Assembly (NCBI GenBank): GCA_050331735.1
Contig: JBHJGN010000086.1
Location: 1 to 31,021 of the forward strand
DNA length: 31,021 nt
Direction of reading: 5' to 3'
Source of the DNA: Cyanophyceae cyanobacterium
GTDB taxonomy: Bacteria > Cyanobacteriota > Cyanobacteriia > Cyanobacteriales > JBHJGN01
Position numbers and translations under genes: made by a program. How positions within the stretch are numbered: the stretch's first letter is position 1; the number at the start of each line of letters is the position of its first letter. Positions 25,726-31,021 of the stretch are shown here, in pieces. A model generated the notes under the pieces. That model was given only the letters and a program-made list of their open reading frames with translations, searched no databases and was not told where the DNA came from.

Positions 25726-26292
25726 GTGAATCAGGCGCAGAAAACAGTAAATAAAACTCAGGAAGCTTCGGTTCATCCGCTGGTTGACAGCTACTACGCC
25801 ATACTAGGACTGCATCCAGCCGTATCTCCGCTCGAAATTCGGAGAACCTATCGAGAACTAAGCAAGCAATATCATCCTGATACAACCGAGCTGCCGCCTG
25901 ACGTGGCGATCGTTAAGTTTCAGCAGCTCAATGAAGCCTACGCCACTCTGAGTAATCCTGAACGTCGTGCGCTCTACGATCTGAAGATTGGTTACTCGCG
26001 AATCAATGTCATTCAGGCTCCTACCAGCCCCTCTTCCTCTGCCTCTTCATCATCAAGCCGCTATGCTTATATAGACCCGACAGATCGTCCGCTTTCGTCC
26101 GGAGAAATTTTTGTGCTGTTTGTTCTCGGATTAACGTTTTTGAGCTGTTTGCTCTTGGCAGTGTTTGTGGGTCTAACAAGAGGAGAAGAGGCTTTGAAGC
26201 TTCCGTCTCTAGCGAGTGAGACTATTGTCGTCAATGAGCAAATCGTTTTTCCCCATCAACTGCAAGCTGTCCCTTTCATCGACCGACTCTAA
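25726..26292 (+). CDS. J-domain (type III DnaJ-like) protein with C-terminal TM helix
   Basis: YYAILGL, YHPD and NEAYATLSNPERRALYD motifs; DRPLSSGE followed by a TM segment. Confidence 0.9.
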   Translation: MNQAQKTVNKTQEASVHPLVDSYYAILGLHPAVSPLEIRRTYRELSKQYHPDTTELPPDVAIVKFQQLNEAYATLSNPERRALYDLKIGYSRINVIQAPTSPSSSASSSSSRYAYIDPTDRPLSSGEIFVLFVLGLTFLSCLLLAVFVGLTRGEEALKLPSLASETIVVNEQIVFPHQLQAVPFIDRL

Positions 26293-26298
26293 CCTTTT

Positions 26299-26568
26299 AT
26301 GCTTCCGTCTGCCGATACTCCCCTCTACAATCATCCTCTGCCAAAAATTGAGCAATGGCTCATCGACCAGGGATGCGAGCAAGACCCCGATCAGCCCCAC
26401 TGTTGGTCGGTCAAGCGAGCCATCTGGAAAGCCGAGCTTTGTTTAGAAATTGACGAACTGGTAGTCCGCTATATCAACGCTAGCGAGAGCGGAGAAGACA
26501 TTACGCGCTCCTTTAAGTACTCGCTTAACCGTGAAGATGTTGAAGCGGCGGTTTTTTCGGGACCATAA
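26299..26568 (+). CDS. DUF3143-family protein
   Basis: PSADTPLYNHPLPKIEQWL...RSFKYSLNREDVEAAVFSGP. Confidence 0.85.
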   Translation: MLPSADTPLYNHPLPKIEQWLIDQGCEQDPDQPHCWSVKRAIWKAELCLEIDELVVRYINASESGEDITRSFKYSLNREDVEAAVFSGP

Positions 26569-26658
26569 AATGCTCTCAGTTTTTAGCAAGCTTGCCGTTT
26601 GGAGCGGGGAAAGGGAAAGGGTAAAGGAAGAGTGTCTTTACCCAGATTTTCGTTAATT

Positions 26659-27402
26659 CTAAACCTTTCCAAATCTTCGTTCTCTCTGCTGATAGGCAAA
26701 CAGAGCTTTGTGGAACTGTACGCGGTCGAAGTCGGGCCAAAGAGTGGGAGTAACGTAAATCTCGGCGTAGGCCATTTGCCATAGCAAAAAGTTGCTGATG
26801 CGCATTTCTCCGCTGGTGCGGATCAGCAGGTCTGGGTGATGGAGTCCGGCAGTGTAAAGATTGTTCTCGAACAGTTGCTCGTTGATGTCCTCCACCTTCA
26901 AATGTCCTTGCTCTACTTGAGAGGCGATCGCCCGACACGCCTGCAAGATTTCCTGTCGCCCGCCATAGTTGGTCGCTACCGTAAACTGAGTGCCGTCGTT
27001 GTTCTTGGTATCGATAACGGAGCGGTCGATCTCGTCCTGAAGCGATTGCGGCAAGGACTCTAGATTGCCCACAAACCGAATTTGGACGTTTTCGGCCTGC
27101 ATTTCCTTGAGTTCTCGCCGTAAGACTCGCTCAAACAGAGTCATCAGAAACTCAACCTCTTCTAGCGGTCTCCCCCAGTTTTCTGTGGAAAAGGCGTAGG
27201 CTGTCAGCGCCGGAATCCCCCAGTCTTTGCAGCACCGCAGCAAATCTTTGAGAGCATCCACTCCTCTTTGATGGCCAACAAGGCGCGGTCGTCCCTGACG
27301 CTTGGCCCAACGACCGTTACCATCCATAATGACTGCGACGTGTTTGGGTAGGCGGTGTTGATCGAGGTCGCTGGGTAGCTCTTGCAGTATAGGTCCAGTC
27401 AT
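26659..27402 (-). CDS. uppS: Polyprenyl (undecaprenyl) diphosphate synthase
   Basis: [25 protein letters not shown] and [19 protein letters not shown] motifs. The ATG at 27402 is preferred. Confidence 0.95.
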   Translation of the reverse strand: MTGPILQELPSDLDQHRLPKHVAVIMDGNGRWAKRQGRPRLVGHQRGVDALKDLLRCCKDWGIPALTAYAFSTENWGRPLEEVEFLMTLFERVLRRELKEMQAENVQIRFVGNLESLPQSLQDEIDRSVIDTKNNDGTQFTVATNYGGRQEILQACRAIASQVEQGHLKVEDINEQLFENNLYTAGLHHPDLLIRTSGEMRISNFLLWQMAYAEIYVTPTLWPDFDRVQFHKALFAYQQRERRFGKV

Positions 27403-27678
27403 CTGTGGAAACAATTAAATCAATAATGAACGAATTCAGAGACTCCTCACCAAAATCGACGGCATCCCCACTGAAATCGAGCGCTCTACTAGTCACTCCA
27501 ACTGTTTCTGAGAATCTAGGCAGGTCGCTTGAAGAAGTCAGAGGAAGCCCCGTCATGGAAGGCGGGGGTCTTTCTGACCGAAGTTCGGCGCTGTCCATTG
27601 CCTTTTGCGATGTAGAACAGGCAAAGAGTATAGAATAAACTCTTTGCTAGCCTGAGCATACGCCCCCTTGAGAATTTG

Positions 27679-28596
27679 TTACTTTTTTTCCTGGGATGTT
27701 GATGATGGCAGACGGAAGAAACGCTGTAGTAGCAGTCGTCCCTGAACTCCAATTTTACGGCTTAAGCGTCCTAAACCAGGAGCAACAGCTTCGCGATCTA
27801 CTGAAGGAGAAAATCTCGCTTCCAACAGCTCTTTCAGTTTACTGCTAGTCAGAGGTCGATTGAGACTGCCTCCCTCAGCGAGAGAAATCGAGCCAGTTTC
27901 TTCTGATACAACCAAACAGAGACAGTTTTCGACGCGTTCTGTCACGCCCATAGCAGCGCGATGACGCGTTCCTAGCTGGCGAGAAGCCGTGCGCTCTGAA
28001 AGCGGCAGAATCACTCCGGCCGAAATAATCCGAGACCCTCGGATGAACACAGCGCCATCGTGCAGAAGAGTTGACGTTTGGAAGATGGTTTGCAGGAGTT
28101 CTTTAGAAATTTCTGCATTCAGGAAAACGCCAGGAACGGAAAAATCCCGTTCATCGATGGGACCGTCGGTTTCTAGCACTATTAAGGCTCCCGTCCGGTT
28201 TTGCGATAGTTCTTTGATGGCGTCTACAATCTCATCAATCACGCTATCAGGTTTGGGAGTCGAGCGCCGCGATGGTTTAAATAGCTGAGCGATTTCTCCC
28301 CGCCCCAACTGCTCTAAAAAGCGACGGAACTCCGACTGAAAGATCACCGCCATTGCCACCGCTGAGCCGAGAACTAGCTTTTCTAATACAAAGCTCAGCA
28401 GCGTCAGCTCAAATCGGCTGCTCACCACTGCCGCCAGCATGAGCACGATGAGCCCCCGAACCATCCATAAAGTACGTCGCTCCCCAATAATGAGGAGGAC
28501 TAAGTACGTCAAAGCCAGAACTAAGCCAATATCAATACTGTAAGTGAGTAAAGGCTGAATCCAGCTAAAGTCAGGACCGGAACCCGACGAAGGCAT
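27679..28596 (-). CDS. cdaA: Diadenylate cyclase
   Basis: Three N-terminal TM helices; LHDGA, LGTRHRAA and VVSEETG motifs; lysA-cdaA-uppS synteny. Confidence 0.95.
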   Translation of the reverse strand: MPSSGSGPDFSWIQPLLTYSIDIGLVLALTYLVLLIIGERRTLWMVRGLIVLMLAAVVSSRFELTLLSFVLEKLVLGSAVAMAVIFQSEFRRFLEQLGRGEIAQLFKPSRRSTPKPDSVIDEIVDAIKELSQNRTGALIVLETDGPIDERDFSVPGVFLNAEISKELLQTIFQTSTLLHDGAVFIRGSRIISAGVILPLSERTASRQLGTRHRAAMGVTERVENCLCLVVSEETGSISLAEGGSLNRPLTSSKLKELLEARFSPSVDREAVAPGLGRLSRKIGVQGRLLLQRFFRLPSSTSQEKK

Positions 28597-28696
28597 TGCA
28601 GGTTAATCCATTTAACGACACGATGAGCAAACTCTCCGCCTTTGGGAACGGAGCGAGAAATTAAACATTAAAAAAACAAGGTTGCATCTTTTTTAA

Positions 28697-30094
28697 TTAA
28701 TCCCAATCGATCAGTCTTTGAGGCAACTGGTCTTGTCTGAGTAAATCTTCGTAACTTTCCCGCTTCAAAATTATATTTGCTTCTCCATTATTGACCAAAA
28801 CGGCGGCTGGTCTGGGTAAACGATTGTAGTTAGAAGCCATACTATAGTTGTAAGCTCCTGTTCCCATTACTACTAGAATATCGCCCGGTTGAGTTTTCGG
28901 TAACGAAGCATCCTGGATTAAAATGTCTCCAGATTCGCAGTGTTTGCCAGCAACCGTCGCGGTTTCTACCAACGGGGCCGACATCCGGTTAGCGACTACG
29001 GCGCGATGAACCGACTGATAGGTAATCGGACGCGGGTTATCTGACATGCCGCCGTCCACCGCAATATAGGTGCGGAGATTGGGAACGACTTTGCGGCTGC
29101 CAACGGTATAGGCCGTCACGCTGGCGGTGCCAATTAGCGATCGCCCCGGTTCGGCAATGAGCTTCGGAAGGGGGAGCTGCTGGCCGGTACAGGCTTCTAC
29201 GACTGCACCACAGACTGCTTTCACCCACTCTGTGATTGTTGGCGGGTCGTCAGCTTCCGTGTAGCGAATGCCCAATCCTCCGCCAACATTGAGTTCTGCT
29301 GTTGGTAAATCTAGCTCTGCTGCTCGCTGCATCCAGGCCACTAAAACCGCTGCTAAATCTTGATGAGGCTGGCGCTCAAAGATTTGGGAGCCAATGTGTG
29401 CGTGCAAACCAAGGTAGTGCAGCGGCGATCGTTGACGAATATAAGTCAAAACCGCCTCGATTTGAGCGAGGTCGAACCCAAATTTACAATCTCGATGTCC
29501 AGTCCGAATGTACTTGTGGGTATGACACTCAATCCCCGGTGTTAGACGCAGCAACACGTGTGCTGGATTGTTTGGCGTTGCCATTCGAGCGAGGGTTTCT
29601 AACTCCAGCCAGTTATCGACGACGATGGTCGAACGGTGCTTGAGCGCTAGCGCTAGCTCTTCAGCAGATTTATTATTGCCATGAAAATAAATTGACTGAG
29701 CGCTGGGATGACTCAATTCAAAAGCGCGGCGAGCGGTATAAAATTCTCCTCCCGACATCACATCTAAGCCCAATCCTTCGCTAGCAACAATGCGACAAAC
29801 GGCCATACAGCTCCAGGCTTTTGAAGCATAGAGGACCAAAGAGGGTCCAGGATAAAATTGAGCAAAGGCCTCTCGATACCGACGGCAAGCGGTTCGCAGC
29901 GTTAGCTCGTCTAATATATAGAGAGGAGAACCGAAGTGCTGCACCAAAGTTGTCACATCACAGCCCCCAATCTCTAAGCAATCGCGGCTATTAGCTGTAG
30001 CCGTTAGGGGCAGTAGGATTTGATTGGGTGACTGGTGATGAGAGGAAGGTAAGTATTGGCATCCAGAGGGGGCTGTCGGCTTAGTGGATAGCAT
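28697..30094 (-). CDS. lysA: Diaminopimelate decarboxylase
   Basis: YASKA (PLP lysine), HIGSQ, EPGRS, HCESGD and GAYNYSMASNYN motifs. Confidence 0.96.
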   Translation of the reverse strand: MLSTKPTAPSGCQYLPSSHHQSPNQILLPLTATANSRDCLEIGGCDVTTLVQHFGSPLYILDELTLRTACRRYREAFAQFYPGPSLVLYASKAWSCMAVCRIVASEGLGLDVMSGGEFYTARRAFELSHPSAQSIYFHGNNKSAEELALALKHRSTIVVDNWLELETLARMATPNNPAHVLLRLTPGIECHTHKYIRTGHRDCKFGFDLAQIEAVLTYIRQRSPLHYLGLHAHIGSQIFERQPHQDLAAVLVAWMQRAAELDLPTAELNVGGGLGIRYTEADDPPTITEWVKAVCGAVVEACTGQQLPLPKLIAEPGRSLIGTASVTAYTVGSRKVVPNLRTYIAVDGGMSDNPRPITYQSVHRAVVANRMSAPLVETATVAGKHCESGDILIQDASLPKTQPGDILVVMGTGAYNYSMASNYNRLPRPAAVLVNNGEANIILKRESYEDLLRQDQLPQRLIDWD

Positions 30095-30209
30095 GGTGTG
30101 GTTTTTAGGCGTCGAGTCTTAGTGGGTAAGCAGCGAGAATCCATCAGGGCTGGGGGTCAAAAGCTTAGACCCTTAACTTCTTCATACTAAGTGTACAATT
30201 ACCGCGACC

Positions 30210-30770
30210 GTGACTTTAATCAAGTTGAAACAACTGCAAACAGAACAGCTCGAGCAAGTGGTTCAGCTAGACCAGCTCTGTTTAGGAGGACTGTGGTCGT
30301 TAGCCGGATATCAGCGCGAGATAGATAGTCCTAATAGCGTTCTGCTGGGAATTTTAGCGAGTGCAGACGCTGCTGAAACTCTTATTGGGATGGGGTGCTT
30401 TTGGGCAATTTTAGAAGAAGCTCATATTACTCTCCTAGCTATTCATCCGCACTATCAAAGAAAAGGGTTGGGAAACCTGCTATTATGTTCTCTGCTAAAA
30501 GTTGCTGTTGAGCGTCAGCTCGAACGAGCCACCCTCGAGGTCCGCCCCTCAAATCAAGCCGCCCTGTCTCTCTATCAAAAATGGAAATTTAAAATTGCGG
30601 GACGGCGTAAAAACTATTATCAACACGGCGAAGATGCTCTGATCCTGTGGCGCGGCAACTTAGGTCAGCCTGAATTTGAACAGGATTTGGCGCGGATTTG
30701 GCAGCAAATTCAAGCGGATTTTCACAAGCAGGGAATAAGCTTGACATACGAGCAAACCTTCCTGGGATAG
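30210..30770 (+). CDS. rimI: Ribosomal protein S18 alanine N-acetyltransferase
   Basis: EEAHITLLAIHPHYQRKGLG, ATLEVRPSN and RKNYY...EDAL motifs. Confidence 0.9.
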   Translation: MTLIKLKQLQTEQLEQVVQLDQLCLGGLWSLAGYQREIDSPNSVLLGILASADAAETLIGMGCFWAILEEAHITLLAIHPHYQRKGLGNLLLCSLLKVAVERQLERATLEVRPSNQAALSLYQKWKFKIAGRRKNYYQHGEDALILWRGNLGQPEFEQDLARIWQQIQADFHKQGISLTYEQTFLG

Positions 30771-30943
30771 CGGCTAAAATGGTCTAAATTGCGTCTTGAA
30801 TATAGAAAAATCAGGGCAAAAGGAAGTACGGCTGGCTAGAATTTTCGCCCCCTTTAAAGCAGAACTACGGTCTCTCGGTTGACAGCGGTAATTTTAGCCT
30901 GTGCTAGAATCAAGCTTAACAGGGGCATGCAGGTGTAATAGGT

Positions 30944-31021
30944 ATGTTTGAACGCTTTACAGAAAAAGCCATTAAGGTAATCATGCTTGCCCAGGAGGAA
31001 GCCCGCCGCCTCGGTCATAAT
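30944..31021 (+). CDS. clpC: ATP-dependent Clp protease ATP-binding subunit, N-terminus (partial)
   Basis: [26 protein letters not shown] runs off the window end. Confidence 0.95.

Larger units (their letters stand above)
244..29145. repeat. HIP1 octamer GCGATCGC dispersed through the window
   Basis: More than 30 copies counted by eye, for example at 244, 3017, 4433 and 10021. Confidence 0.95.

Noticed and set aside
27679..28596. Cyclic-nucleotide anti-phage system (CBASS-like)
   Set aside because: This is the housekeeping DAC-domain CdaA in its conserved lysA-cdaA-uppS context, with no effector genes.
684..29643. Numerous short ORFs nested in or antisense to the called genes
   Set aside because: They are shadow frames of well-supported CDSs with no motifs of their own.
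1..31021. tRNA, rRNA, prophage or integrase genes
   Set aside because: None were recognisable by eye on either strand.

Overview
Cyanobacterial chromosomal DNA, identified by more than 30 HIP1 octamers (GCGATCGC), petG, cytM and a PEP-CTERM protein. The left end (1-5.4 kb) is a mosaic accessory region: the 3' end of an IS630-family element, a truncated Uma2 gene, a YbjQ-YbjQ-M48 peptidase operon, an orphan DUF1989 gene, an MFS transporter, a NUDIX 5' remnant that breaks at a HIP1 site, and a DUF1778/GNAT toxin-antitoxin pair with a clear operator. The middle holds a LysM/M23 peptidase, an alanine/glycine:cation symporter with an NtcA-type promoter, an SDR, UPF0182, an MBL hydrolase, a site-2 protease, a PEP-CTERM chlorophyllase-like hydrolase, chrA and phoD. 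The right end is conserved core: petG, cytM, a J-domain protein, DUF3143, lysA-cdaA-uppS, rimI and the start of clpC. The best candidate for an undescribed system is the minus-strand cluster at 18.0-21.45 kb. It contains an atypical LDH/MDH-family dehydrogenase, an IlvH-like ACT protein with no ilvB partner, a membrane protein and an acyl-CoA-dehydrogenase-fold protein, preceded by an Ile/Leu/Val-rich short ORF and a terminator-like hairpin. This looks like a branched-chain-amino-acid-responsive, possibly attenuated operon. A family of nested short dispersed repeats occupies several intergenic regions. All family assignments come from motif recognition, not database searches.
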